From assembly GCA_963805065.1 (NCBI GenBank), contig CAWDSS010000010.1, positions 664,359-728,358 on the forward strand: a DNA stretch of 64,000 bases, in the 5' to 3' direction. Below the pieces are notes generated by a model. The model worked only from the letters and a program-made list of their open reading frames with translations. It did not search any database and was not told the DNA's origin. Positions 29,757 to 40,110 of this stretch are shown here, in pieces (the stretch's first letter is position 1; the number at the start of each line of letters is the position of its first letter). This DNA is from Candidatus Omnitrophota bacterium. GTDB taxonomy: Bacteria > Omnitrophota > Gorgyraeia > Gygaellales > Profunditerraquicolaceae. The position numbers and the translations under genes were made by a program.

Positions 29757-32700
29757 GTGAATATATTAATTCTGGCTGCCATAGGCACGGGTTTTGCTAT
29801 GATTGCCTATGCCGTATATTTAGTAATATTTTCCGCTGAGCCGGGCGCAGAGGCAAAGCCCAGAAAAAGGCAGCTTGTAAATTCGCAGGAGCAAAGGCTC
29901 GCCAGCCAGGAACAAAAAATCCAAGCCTTCCAGGAAGAAATTAATGTTTTAACCTCCGAGCTTAAAAAGGCAAAGGCTGATTTTACAAATAGCCAGAATG
30001 AATTTGAGGCAGTCAAGAAAAGGGCAGCAGAGTTAGAAACAGAAATAAGCAGGCGGCAGGAGTGGGTGGGTAAATCCGAGGGAATGCTTACCAAAGCCAA
30101 GGAAGAAAGCCTGGACCTGAAAAACAAATTCATTGCCAAAGAAAAAGAATTGCAAGACATATTTACCAAGAACGTAGCTGCGAATAAAGAAAAAATAGAG
30201 CTGGCAAAAAAGATAGAATCCTGGGAAAAAGACAGCGTAGCAAAAACCGACCAGATAGAGTCATTGAAACATAGGATTGAAAGCCTCAACCAGGAAATCA
30301 AAACCCGTCAGGAGACAATCGAAGCCTTCAAAAAGAAAGAAAAAATCAGCGAGTGGGTGCCAAAGCTAGAATTCAATAAGCTCAACGATGAATATACAGA
30401 ATTGGAAAAAGAACTGGAAGAAAAAGAAGAGAGGCTAAAGAGTTTTGCTGAAGAAATCATGCAGCTACGTAACCACCTGGAACATAAACCGCTGGCTCCT
30501 GTTAAGCCTGAGCCTGAAATCCCGCCTGAAGGACAAGAGGAGAAGAAAGATAAGCGCAAGGAAGAATTAGAGAGCCTGGAGTCAATTTTAGAGCATGTAG
30601 AAAAAGCCGATACGACCCTGCCGGAAAATGAAAAGATTGCAAAAGAAATTGAACCTGTGCAATTAGAAGAACCCGAGGCAAAAGAGAAGCCGGATGAAAA
30701 AGCGGTTAAGCCAAAGCCTGTCCCCCGAATCAGCTTAGACAAAGTGAGAAATATCGGAATCATGGCACACATTGATGCGGGCAAGACTACCTTATCAGAA
30801 AGAATCCTGTTTTATACAGGCCGTTCACATAAAATTGGCGAAGTGCATGAAGGCAAGGCGCAGATGGACTGGATGAAACAGGAGCAGGAGCGAGGCATTA
30901 CAATTACTGCGGCAGCAACTACCTGTTTTTGGAAAGACCACAGGATTAACCTAATTGATACTCCCGGACACGTTGATTTTACAGTAGAGGTGGAGCGCAG
31001 CCTGCGCGTACTCGACGGCGCGGTAGCAGTTTTTTGTGCCGTGGGCGGAGTTGAACCGCAGTCAGAAACCGTGTGGCACCAATCCAATAAATACAATGTT
31101 CCGAAAATCGCCTTTATAAATAAAATGGACCGCACAGGAGCGGACTTTTATGCGGTGTTAAAAAGTATCGAAGAAATATTAGGAGGTAATGTCATTCCTT
31201 TAGAGATACCCGTAGGCCAGGAAGATACCTTTAGGGGCGTAGTTGACCTTATAGAAATGAAGGCCTATATTTATGAAGAAGATTCTCAGGGAAAAGATTT
31301 TCGCATTGAAGAAATTCCCCAAGAACTCCAAGAGCAGGCGCAAAAATTACGCCACTTAATGATTGAAAGGGTGGCTGCTTTTGATGAAGCACTGACTAAA
31401 AAATACCTTGCGCAAGAAACATCCATAACCCAGGAAGAGCTTGTGCAGGTTATCCGTCGGGGAACCGTAGCAAACAAGATGGTCCCTGTGATGTGCGGCG
31501 CAGCTTTTAAAAACAAAGGCGTGCAGAAACTGCTGGATGCGGTAACCGCGTATTTGCCCTCTCCATTGGACCTCCCTCCTGTAAAAGGCCATGACCCCGA
31601 TGATCCGGAGAAAATTATCGAAAGAAAACCGGATATAAATGAGCCATTCGCTGCGCTGGCTTTTAAAGTGCAAGCCGACCCGCATATGGGTAAGCTGGTT
31701 TACGCAAGAATTTATTCCGGGATTCTGGATACGGGAACCTATGTTTTAAATGCCAGCAAAAATAAAAAAGAACGCGTAGGAAGAATCGTGCAAATGCACG
31801 CTAATCAAAAAGAAAATATTGAGTACGGTTTTTGCGGCGATATTGTGGCAATAATAGGCTTGAATAATACTATAACCGGCCATACACTTTGTGATCCTGA
31901 AAGCCCGGTGTTACTGGAAGCCATACAATTTCCTACTCCTGTAGTTTCCTTGAGTATTGTGCCCAAGACCAGAGCCGATCAGGACAAGCTGGGGAAAGCC
32001 TTGGGCAGGCTGACAGAGGAAGACCCCACTTTTATAGTCAGTAGCGACGAGGAAACCAAGGAAACCATACTTACCGGCATGGGTGAATTGCACCTGGAAA
32101 TTATCGTGGACAGGTTAAAGGTGGAATTCGGGGTAGAAGCGATTGTCGGCCAGCCAAAGGTAGCTTTCCGAGAAACAATTACTACTGCATCAGGGGCAGA
32201 AGGTAAATACATCAGGCAGACCGGTGGCCGCGGACAGTATGGTCATGTAGTGCTTGAGGTTTCGCCAAATCTTGCGGGCGAAGGTTTTAAATTCATTAAC
32301 AGCATTAAAGGAGGCGCAATACCCGCCTCATTTATCCCCTCGGTTGAAAAAGGCATTATTGAAGCCATGGGAAAAGGCGTTTATGCGGGTTATCCTGTGG
32401 TGGATGTTACGGTTAATCTTTTAGACGGCTCATTTCACGAAGTAGATTCTTCGGAGCTCGCATTTAAAATTGCCGCAAGCATCGGTTTTAAAGAAGCGTT
32501 TTTAAAAGCGCAGCCCATACTCCTTGAGCCGTATATGTCGTTAGAAGTTAATAGCCCCGAGGAATATGCCAACGCCTGTGTGGGTTACATCTGTTCCAAG
32601 AGAGGCAAAATCTTAAACATCGAAGTTAAGGCAAAACAAAAAATTATTTCCGCAGAGGTCCCGCTTTCTGAGATGTTCGGTTATGCCACCAACATCCGTT

Positions 32701-32813
32701 CTTTAAGTAGCGGCCGTGCCAACGCTACCATGGAATTCAACAAATACATGCAGGTGCCTGCAGAGATCGCCCAGAAAATCATCGAGGAAAAGAAGAAAAA
32801 AGAAGAGAGTTGA
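29757..32813 (+). CDS. elongation factor G paralog fused to an N-terminal TM helix and a ~330-aa coiled-coil/charged spacer
   Basis: The ORF is open from 29721 (TTG). The GTG at 29757 follows AGGAAGG by 7 nt. One hydrophobic helix ([23 protein letters not shown]) is followed by a long E/K/Q/L heptad-like region. From about residue 340 there is a complete EF-G ([29 protein letters not shown], domains II-V). Confidence 0.85.
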   Translation: MNILILAAIGTGFAMIAYAVYLVIFSAEPGAEAKPRKRQLVNSQEQRLASQEQKIQAFQEEINVLTSELKKAKADFTNSQNEFEAVKKRAAELETEISRRQEWVGKSEGMLTKAKEESLDLKNKFIAKEKELQDIFTKNVAANKEKIELAKKIESWEKDSVAKTDQIESLKHRIESLNQEIKTRQETIEAFKKKEKISEWVPKLEFNKLNDEYTELEKELEEKEERLKSFAEEIMQLRNHLEHKPLAPVKPEPEIPPEGQEEKKDKRKEELESLESILEHVEKADTTLPENEKIAKEIEPVQLEEPEAKEKPDEKAVKPKPVPRISLDKVRNIGIMAHIDAGKTTLSERILFYTGRSHKIGEVHEGKAQMDWMKQEQERGITITAAATTCFWKDHRINLIDTPGHVDFTVEVERSLRVLDGAVAVFCAVGGVEPQSETVWHQSNKYNVPKIAFINKMDRTGADFYAVLKSIEEILGGNVIPLEIPVGQEDTFRGVVDLIEMKAYIYEEDSQGKDFRIEEIPQELQEQAQKLRHLMIERVAAFDEALTKKYLAQETSITQEELVQVIRRGTVANKMVPVMCGAAFKNKGVQKLLDAVTAYLPSPLDLPPVKGHDPDDPEKIIERKPDINEPFAALAFKVQADPHMGKLVYARIYSGILDTGTYVLNASKNKKERVGRIVQMHANQKENIEYGFCGDIVAIIGLNNTITGHTLCDPESPVLLEAIQFPTPVVSLSIVPKTRADQDKLGKALGRLTEEDPTFIVSSDEETKETILTGMGELHLEIIVDRLKVEFGVEAIVGQPKVAFRETITTASGAEGKYIRQTGGRGQYGHVVLEVSPNLAGEGFKFINSIKGGAIPASFIPSVEKGIIEAMGKGVYAGYPVVDVTVNLLDGSFHEVDSSELAFKIAASIGFKEAFLKAQPILLEPYMSLEVNSPEEYANACVGYICSKRGKILNIEVKAKQKIISAEVPLSEMFGYATNIRSLSSGRANATMEFNKYMQVPAEIAQKIIEEKKKKEES

Positions 32814-32838
32814 AATATTTTTATTAGGAGGTATAATA

Positions 32839-33390
32839 ATGGACATGAAAAAAATTTCTATCATATTAATAGCCGGGTTATTTTTATGGGCGCTTTCTAA
32901 AGGAGCTTCTAGCATGGATGAAAAAATAGTAGTTTTAGAAACATCTCAAGGAAAAATTGAGATTAAGCTTATGCCTGATATAGCTCCCAAGGCCTGTGAG
33001 AACTTTGAAAAATTAGTCAGCAAGGGTTATTATGACGGATTAATTTTCCATCGGGTAATAAAAGGTTTTATGATTCAGGGAGGCGATCCCACAGGAACCG
33101 GCAGGGGCGGGGAATCAATATGGGGCAGCACTTTTGAGGACGAGGTTACCCCTAACGTCAAATTTGACAGGCCCGGTATGCTTGCCATGGCGAACGCCGG
33201 ACCGAATACCAATGGCAGCCAGTTTTTTATCACCACTGCAAAAACTCCCTGGCTGAATATGCGCCACACAATATTCGGGGAAGTGATTTCAGGTTATGAA
33301 ACTGTCCAGGCCATAGAAGAGACTCCGACCGCAGAAGCCGATAGGCCTGTTACGGAACAAAAGATCATCAGAGCTTACTTAAAAAACTAA
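32839..33390 (+). CDS. peptidyl-prolyl cis-trans isomerase, cyclophilin type, with signal peptide
   Basis: Contains FHRVIKGFMIQGGDP...GSQFFIT. The ATG at 32839 follows GGAGG. The signal-like N-terminus is MDMKKISIILIAGLFLWALSKGASS. Confidence 0.88.
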   Translation: MDMKKISIILIAGLFLWALSKGASSMDEKIVVLETSQGKIEIKLMPDIAPKACENFEKLVSKGYYDGLIFHRVIKGFMIQGGDPTGTGRGGESIWGSTFEDEVTPNVKFDRPGMLAMANAGPNTNGSQFFITTAKTPWLNMRHTIFGEVISGYETVQAIEETPTAEADRPVTEQKIIRAYLKN

Positions 33391-33430
33391 CCGCCAAGTA
33401 TCTCTCGCCAATCCCCGGTTTTTTTCTCAG

Positions 33431-35479
33431 ATGACACACAAAATCGACTATCTTAAAGAATTAAATCCCGCACAATTAACAGCTGTGCAGTCAACCGAAG
33501 GGCCGTTTTTGGTAATTGCGGGAGCTGGAAGCGGGAAGACACGCGTTTTGGTCCATCGCGTGGCTTACCTCGTTGAAAAAGGCATACAGCCTCAGGAAAT
33601 ATTACTGCTTACGTTTACGCGCAAGGCTGCCGAAGAAATGCTGCGGCGTGCATCATTGCTTCTGGACGAGCGCTGTTCAAAGGTGGCAGGCGGCACATTC
33701 CATTCCTTTGCCAACATAATTTTAAGAAAATATGCCAGCGTATTAGGGTTGTCTAATAACTTCACTATCCTAGATGAATCCGACTCCCAGGACACGGTTA
33801 ATTTAATCCGCACACAGCTAGGTTTTCACAAATCAGAAAAACGTTTTCCCAGAAAAAAAGCCATTACTGAATTAATTTCCAAGAGCGTGAATAAATCCGA
33901 GGATTTGGGAATTGTTTTGTATGACGAATACCCGCAGTTTATAGAATGGGAAGAAGAAATAAAAAAAATCAGGGATGAATACAATAAATATAAACGCCAT
34001 AAGTCGCTTCTGGATTACGACGACCTTTTGGTTTACTTAAAAGAATTGCTGGTAAAACATCCTGATGTCAGGTCAAGGCTCTGCGCGAGATATAAATATA
34101 TCATGGTTGATGAATACCAGGATACCAACAAACTTCAGGCATATATTGTCTGCCTCCTGGCATCAGAGCATAATAACATTATGGTTGTAGGGGACGATGC
34201 GCAGAGTATCTATTCTTTCCGGGGAGCTAATTTTAAGAACATCATTGAGTTTCCCAAGATTTTTAAGCAGGCCAAAATAATTACGCTGGAAGAAAATTAC
34301 CGCTCCACCCAGCCGATTTTAAATCTTTCCAATAGAGTAATCGCGCAGGCAAAGGAAAAATTTGAAAAAGAGTTGTTTACCAGGAAAAAGGGCAATAGCT
34401 TGCCGGTTTTTGTGGATGCGCGTGATGAGAACGCGCAATCCAAATACATCGCCGATAAAATACTGGAATTAAGGGAAGAGGGGTTAGAGTTAAGTAATAT
34501 CGCCGTGCTTTTCAGGTCAGGCTGGCACTCTAATGATTTGGAAGTGGAGCTTGCCTCAAGAAATATTCCTTTTGTCAAATACGGGGGGCAGAAATTTGTA
34601 GAAGCCGCGCACATCAAAGATGTTATCTCGTATTTGCGCATTGCTTATAATATGTTTGATGAGGTCAGTTGGCACAGGGCATTGTTGCTTATCCCCGGAG
34701 TTGGCCCAAAAACCGCTCAAGCGCTAATTAATGAAATGATGATTAATAAAAAAGGCCTGTCCTCAGATAGCAAGCTGGTTAAAAGCAAAGAGGGAATCGC
34801 TGAATTGCTGGAGCTTCTTAAGGGTGTTGAGATTAAACAGGCAAATCCCTCTAAGATTATCCAGATGTTCCTGAAGTATTACCAGCCGCTCTTAAAACAG
34901 AAGTATGATGACTTTAACAAGCGGCTTAATGATCTTGATTCCCTGTGCAGGATTGCTGCAAGGTACAAATCGGTAGAGGAATTTTTATCTGATATTGCCC
35001 TGGAGCCACCAGAGCGTAACATTATCGAGGCAGGCTTAAAAGACCATGATGATTCAAGGCTTACGCTTTCTACGATTCACTCTGCAAAAGGCCTTGAGTG
35101 GCACACGGTGTTTTTGATTTACGTTGCCGAAGGGTATATGCCTTCCTACCTTTCATTGGAAAATGAAGATTCCATCGAAGAAGAACGCAGGCTGTTTTAT
35201 GTGGCTTCTACTCGCGCAAAGGAAAACCTGTTTTTATTAAAACCGCATATTGACCGCTCTCCTAAAGGTTTTATGGATGAAGGGGGATCTGTGTTTACGC
35301 AAGTGTCGCGTTTCTTAGACGAGGGGAATATCATGGATAAGTTTGTGGATATTGAAACAACTCAAGACGCAGACAATTTTTTCGAAGACACGAATGATAA
35401 TGTCCAGGAACGGCTTTCGAAAAACAAAGACTTCCTTAACATCATGAAAGAGTACTTCCGCGATTTAGACGATTATTAG
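33431..35479 (+). CDS. UvrD/PcrA/Rep-family ATP-dependent DNA helicase
   Basis: 682 aa with motif I AGAGSGKT, motif II VDEYQDTN, motif ...VGDDAQSIYSFRGA..., and C-terminal ...STIHSAKGLEW...YVASTRAKE. Confidence 0.9.
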   Translation: MTHKIDYLKELNPAQLTAVQSTEGPFLVIAGAGSGKTRVLVHRVAYLVEKGIQPQEILLLTFTRKAAEEMLRRASLLLDERCSKVAGGTFHSFANIILRKYASVLGLSNNFTILDESDSQDTVNLIRTQLGFHKSEKRFPRKKAITELISKSVNKSEDLGIVLYDEYPQFIEWEEEIKKIRDEYNKYKRHKSLLDYDDLLVYLKELLVKHPDVRSRLCARYKYIMVDEYQDTNKLQAYIVCLLASEHNNIMVVGDDAQSIYSFRGANFKNIIEFPKIFKQAKIITLEENYRSTQPILNLSNRVIAQAKEKFEKELFTRKKGNSLPVFVDARDENAQSKYIADKILELREEGLELSNIAVLFRSGWHSNDLEVELASRNIPFVKYGGQKFVEAAHIKDVISYLRIAYNMFDEVSWHRALLLIPGVGPKTAQALINEMMINKKGLSSDSKLVKSKEGIAELLELLKGVEIKQANPSKIIQMFLKYYQPLLKQKYDDFNKRLNDLDSLCRIAARYKSVEEFLSDIALEPPERNIIEAGLKDHDDSRLTLSTIHSAKGLEWHTVFLIYVAEGYMPSYLSLENEDSIEEERRLFYVASTRAKENLFLLKPHIDRSPKGFMDEGGSVFTQVSRFLDEGNIMDKFVDIETTQDADNFFEDTNDNVQERLSKNKDFLNIMKEYFRDLDDY

Positions 35480-35638
35480 TCTAGTTGATTACGGCTGATG
35501 TCGTTGCTAGCCCCTTAAGAAACCGCTTTCCCAAAACCCCTGATTTAGCCTTGTAACAGCTTACCTATATGCCATACTTTGTATTAATACAAGGTTGATG
35601 AACCAAGAACCACACCAAAACAACAAAACACCAATAAA

Positions 35639-36694
35639 ATGAAAAGGTTTTTCTCTCTTTTATTATGCTTTTTTCTTATCTTTGAGCAAAGCTGTTTTGC
35701 TCAAGTCCTACCCATGCAGGCAATACCTTCTTGGTCAGCGCTTCCCAGCTTACGTTACCTAAGCGTTAACTCTGCTAACCCTTACAACTACTTTAACTTC
35801 CTCCTGGACAGAGGAGACAAACCTTTTACTAAAGACAGCCTTAACTTAGAATCAAAAAAGCTTATCAATTATTTCTTTTTAGGGCTTACCCTACCTAGTG
35901 AATCTCTCTGGGTAAACCTTCGGCCTGATGAGCCGGGAAAGATTACCTCGGATGAGCTGAGCTCGACTGACCTTGGCCGCATCCTGCTGGAAGAAGACCT
36001 GCGGCTTAAAAAGGATGGCGCCGCCTACCTTAATCCTAACAATCCCAAAGGCAAGGAATTCTGGGAGAAGCTTTATGCAGCTATCGGCAAGGACAAGCTA
36101 AGAAGGACAGGGATTACCACCTCAAACCGCATCTGGATAGTGCCTGATGAGGCAGTGGTCATGGAAACCGAAGACGGGGCATTTGTAGCCTCTGCAAAGC
36201 TAAAGGTACTCCTGGAGAATGACTATTTGAAAGCCAACCCCAAGGATGCCACCCAGGCATTGACCGAGAAGCTGATGAAGGAAATAATTCTTCCCTGCCT
36301 GGCTAAAGATGTCAATACCTCTTCTACCTACGCACCAGTGCGCCAGATTTATTACTCTCTTATCCTGGCAGAGTGGTACAAAAGGAAGCACAAAACCTCA
36401 AATGACGCCTATTCCTCATACATAAACAAAGGCTCAACCAAAGGCCTTGAGTCAACACTACCCTGGTCAAAACAGCAGATCTGGCAGGATTATTTAGTAT
36501 CTTACCAAAAGGGAGAATACAACCTTAAGTCTGACCTTTTTGGCTTAAAGAGGATGTACTTTAGCGGTGGGATGGATTTCGTACAATTAGGCAGCAGCCC
36601 GATAATCACAAAGCTACCTTCTCAAGCAGACTTAGCAAAACCACAAGAAAGCTTAACAACAAATCCCGAAAACATTCAGATTTTATATTCTTGA
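35639..36694 (+). CDS. secreted hypothetical protein
   Basis: 351 aa with signal peptide MKRFFSLLLCFFLIFEQSCFA/QV. I recognise no family motif. The leader is CA-rich with no Shine-Dalgarno sequence. Confidence 0.6.
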   Translation: MKRFFSLLLCFFLIFEQSCFAQVLPMQAIPSWSALPSLRYLSVNSANPYNYFNFLLDRGDKPFTKDSLNLESKKLINYFFLGLTLPSESLWVNLRPDEPGKITSDELSSTDLGRILLEEDLRLKKDGAAYLNPNNPKGKEFWEKLYAAIGKDKLRRTGITTSNRIWIVPDEAVVMETEDGAFVASAKLKVLLENDYLKANPKDATQALTEKLMKEIILPCLAKDVNTSSTYAPVRQIYYSLILAEWYKRKHKTSNDAYSSYINKGSTKGLESTLPWSKQQIWQDYLVSYQKGEYNLKSDLFGLKRMYFSGGMDFVQLGSSPIITKLPSQADLAKPQESLTTNPENIQILYS

Positions 36695-36815
36695 CGCAAA
36701 GCAAAATACAAAAAATCCCCCACAAATAGAAGGTATCAAACAAAGGGAAGACCATCTGTCGCCTTTAACATTATCAGACAAAATAGGCATCCCCACTAAA
36801 AACCCAATACTTATC

Positions 36816-39800
36816 TTGACTAAACGTGAAGAGGCGCTCCAGTCTGAGTTTGGTTCATCAGCCAAAATCCAGCCTGAAAACACGGGCGCCTCTTCAACTA
36901 AGATCGCCGCCTCGCCGCTTAAAAAAGCTTTTGCAGAGCGATTAAAGGATCTTGGAATCGCAAGTCTGGGTGTTTTAATGTGGGTAACCGCTGCAGGCGC
37001 TCAGGATAACACTTTAGTGCCATCTAATCAACAGAATCCATACGTACTTAACACAAATTATAGCGATACTTTAAACGGCACTTATGCTAATGTCAATCTT
37101 GAATTGGGAAAGCATCTAATTTTGACCGTGGGAGCTCTTAAGGGCGCAGAAGAATCCGGTCCTTATGGTCCTTATGCAGGTTTTACCTTTAATACTGTTG
37201 AGTCTAGCCAAGACTTCTTTATGAAAGGTGGTTTTGAGATATCCATGTTTAATTATCAGAACGAGATAGCACAGCAAAATAGCAGTAATTTGTTTGTGGG
37301 GAGCGCAAACTATGCTGTGGCTAAACTCTTCCCTCTGACGAAGACAGTTGATATTACTGTTGGCGGTGCGGCTAGCGTTTCTGGGTCCTATACTAATTCC
37401 GGAAATGATATATCGGAAAACTGGAGATTCTTTAGCCCTCCGACTTTGGCAGGCAAAATTCTGTTAGGATGGAATATCTCTCCAGACAAAAGAGTCACAC
37501 TCGGCCTAGATACAACTGCCTACAATGAATTTACGAATGTCCAGAGTTACAGCATGGCATTTTTTCCATATTCTAAGTTAAGACTAGGGTATTCTACAAT
37601 ATGTCTTCTGGGAGTTCCAACCAATTTTGGGGCAAGCTACGGAGAAGGGCCGGGTTACGGGCGAATTTTTTCAATTGATACTAAAGGGTCGCCTACACCA
37701 GGAACCGACGTGGCAGTCGAATACCAGCAGGCAGACAAACCTACCTATGTTATTTTCCCTGAGGGCAGAAAAATAGGCCTAACTGTGGATAAACAGTTAA
37801 CTAGCAGAGAAGGAGGGCCAAGGTTCTCATTGACGGCTTCAGTGGAGAAGCTTATTTATGAATGGGGCGGCCATTCTCAAACAAATAGCACAGTAGGTTT
37901 TAAGTTAATCATCCCGTTTCAGCCAACTCGTAACCTAGGCGCGGGTATGTCCGTTGAAAAAGAGGTCGGAACTCCTTTTGTTGCTAACAACTATAAAATC
38001 ATTCCTTTTGAGTCTCCAGCAGCATTTTCTTTTGATGAACTAAAGCAGGCTTTGGAGACAATGTCTCCTGATGAGTTTGTAAATAATTTTCTGCGTAATC
38101 GTACTAAAGTTAAGAACTTGAATGATCTATTGCAATCAGTTGCGTATATTACAGATCAATTAGGCACATATAACTGGAGTGAAAAATCAGATCCGCTTTT
38201 TAAAGGTGTGAATATGCTTAATATTACTGACGCCCAGATGCTTAGTACTCTGGGGGAAAGCCTAAGAACTGGTGAACCAATACCAGCAGTAGTTTGTGCC
38301 GGCATATTTTCAGCAGGATCAGACTGGATTAATGCTGCTAGGTTGCCAGGGGTTTTTGCTTTTCAAGCTTCCGTGGAAGCGGGGCATCCACAAGGCGGCC
38401 ATATCATTACAGTAGTGGTTACTCCCAAAACAATTTATTTGGTGGATTACTTCCAATACAAAATCATAGATACGGGGACTCGTAATTCTGCAGAGGCCCT
38501 CGCCTTGTATGAACGGATACAACAAGGCGGCGATGCTGCTTTGACGCATGAGATTTTTTATAACAGAAAATTTATCGGGTTCGCCGGTGGTCCATTCGAT
38601 GACAACTATGGTTCACGCGATGGGGAACTTCTTAGAGATGCTCTGACTATCGATGGGGGAAAATCGGCGGATAAACTTTTGGAAGATGCGGTCAAGGCAG
38701 TTCAGCCTCCCTTAACTGTACCACAACAGCCAAAAGCGATAGAGCCATTAAAACCGAATATTAATCATGCACCTATTCCCGAAGTACATATGGTAGCCAA
38801 AAGCGCCTCTTCGACGATGCTCGATTTAGCTAACCTTGGTAAGGAAATAGCTGACAAGCTTATAAATTCAAAGTATAAATCCGATATCCGGGAAATCCTT
38901 AGGAAAGGAAATATTATTTCCTGGGGTAAATCGTTAAAAGAAATAGCTGATGAATTAGGGATAGTGATTCCTGATGGCACAGACTGGGAAAAGCTCTCAG
39001 AGAAGATTTGGCAGAATGCAATACTTAGACCGCAAGAAGTGGTTAGCAGGGCAAGGGAAGAGTTAGGAAAACAGCAGCGATTATTTAACTCAAGAGAGCA
39101 GCAAGAGCTATTTGCTCTTTACCCCGTTAATTTTAATGCGCCTTTGGGAACAGTACAAGATAAGGCATTGCTAAATACAGCATATGCAGGGTTGCTCTCT
39201 ATAGATGAGGCAAGGCGCATAGGTTATTCTGCAGGAGCCATTAAACAACTTGATGTGTCAAAACAATCAGAACTGGATAAATATGTAGAGGCTCCCGCAC
39301 AGCGGCTTGTAAAAGATATTATAGGCTTGGGTGGCATAACATATTCAAGCAATGCCTATGGCGATGGTCTTAAAGGCGTATTTTGGATAAAAAACAATAC
39401 AGAATATTTTACGCCTTTAACCATTGATGATTATAACATTGACGATATAACTCGTGAGTCTCTTGGGTTAATAAAATCCTCCGGCTCACCGTTGGATGCA
39501 AAAGGCGGCATCGACCTCTCCAAAATCGAACTCACGCTTAAAGATGAGAAATACATCTCAAGCCTCAGCCCTGCTGATGTAAAGGTGTTGCGTGCTGCCA
39601 AAGCCTTAAAAGACGGCTGGAACAGCCTATCGCTACTCTATGCGCATGAGGTAATGCTGATGCTAGAGGATAAGGTGGTGTTAAGCCTCAAGAATAAGCC
39701 AATGTTACAGGAAGTCCTTAACCAGCTTAACAGCAAAGAATGCTTAGACCCCCAAGGCCTCATCTTCTTACAAGCAATGCAATCACGCCTATCTACCCTT

Positions 39801-39824
39801 GAATTAGCCGCAGTTAAACCTTAA
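36816..39824 (+). CDS. large (about 1000 aa) envelope protein: putative beta-barrel N-terminal half plus a transglutaminase-like Cys-His-Asp region
   Basis: The ORF is open from the TTG at 36816 and the true start is uncertain. A signal-like segment reads LGIASLGVLMWVTAAGA/QD. Residues about 70-370 show alternating beta-strand patterning, ending ...VGFKLIIPF. Then VVC(494)AGIFSAG...RLPGVFAF...GGH(529)IITVV...YLVD(544)Y has papain/transglutaminase-like spacing. Confidence 0.6.
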   Translation: MTKREEALQSEFGSSAKIQPENTGASSTKIAASPLKKAFAERLKDLGIASLGVLMWVTAAGAQDNTLVPSNQQNPYVLNTNYSDTLNGTYANVNLELGKHLILTVGALKGAEESGPYGPYAGFTFNTVESSQDFFMKGGFEISMFNYQNEIAQQNSSNLFVGSANYAVAKLFPLTKTVDITVGGAASVSGSYTNSGNDISENWRFFSPPTLAGKILLGWNISPDKRVTLGLDTTAYNEFTNVQSYSMAFFPYSKLRLGYSTICLLGVPTNFGASYGEGPGYGRIFSIDTKGSPTPGTDVAVEYQQADKPTYVIFPEGRKIGLTVDKQLTSREGGPRFSLTASVEKLIYEWGGHSQTNSTVGFKLIIPFQPTRNLGAGMSVEKEVGTPFVANNYKIIPFESPAAFSFDELKQALETMSPDEFVNNFLRNRTKVKNLNDLLQSVAYITDQLGTYNWSEKSDPLFKGVNMLNITDAQMLSTLGESLRTGEPIPAVVCAGIFSAGSDWINAARLPGVFAFQASVEAGHPQGGHIITVVVTPKTIYLVDYFQYKIIDTGTRNSAEALALYERIQQGGDAALTHEIFYNRKFIGFAGGPFDDNYGSRDGELLRDALTIDGGKSADKLLEDAVKAVQPPLTVPQQPKAIEPLKPNINHAPIPEVHMVAKSASSTMLDLANLGKEIADKLINSKYKSDIREILRKGNIISWGKSLKEIADELGIVIPDGTDWEKLSEKIWQNAILRPQEVVSRAREELGKQQRLFNSREQQELFALYPVNFNAPLGTVQDKALLNTAYAGLLSIDEARRIGYSAGAIKQLDVSKQSELDKYVEAPAQRLVKDIIGLGGITYSSNAYGDGLKGVFWIKNNTEYFTPLTIDDYNIDDITRESLGLIKSSGSPLDAKGGIDLSKIELTLKDEKYISSLSPADVKVLRAAKALKDGWNSLSLLYAHEVMLMLEDKVVLSLKNKPMLQEVLNQLNSKECLDPQGLIFLQAMQSRLSTLELAAVKP

Positions 39825-39895
39825 AAGACCCAACATAATTTAGCATATCTTAATCATTTCTCTTGAACTTACCTTGTAATTTGGGAGCAGATCTT

Positions 39896-40032
39896 GATTT
39901 TGCGGGTGACTGCCAAGCCGAAGCCCTTGCCGCGCGCAACGCGGTGAGCACGGCGAGACACACAGGCAAGGCAACACTCGGCCCTATCGGATAGGCCGGT
40001 GTGCCGCATTCTGCGGCAGGACCCGCAAAATC
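39896..40032 (+). promoter_or_regulatory. GC-rich 137-nt hairpin-enclosed leader element (contains double-hairpin motif copy 2 at 39974-40021)
   Basis: GATTTTGCGGGT (39896-39907) pairs perfectly with ACCCGCAAAATC (40021-40032). The interior is very GC-rich relative to its surroundings. It lies 78 nt upstream of the 40111 ATG. Confidence 0.5.
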
Positions 40033-40110
40033 TATAACATGATACCTACACCTATCATTTCCCTTGAGCTTAATCTTTGAATGTGCTAACATGTTAGTAA
40101 AGGAGATTGA

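Noticed and set aside
39896-40032. A ZTP (pfl) or THF riboswitch upstream of the folate-related operon.
   Set aside because: The superficial resemblance of GGGTGACTGCC to the ZTP 5' region is not backed by the conserved CCGCCUGGGC 3' element. I could not match the THF-I or THF-II cores either. I kept it only as an unclassified structured leader.
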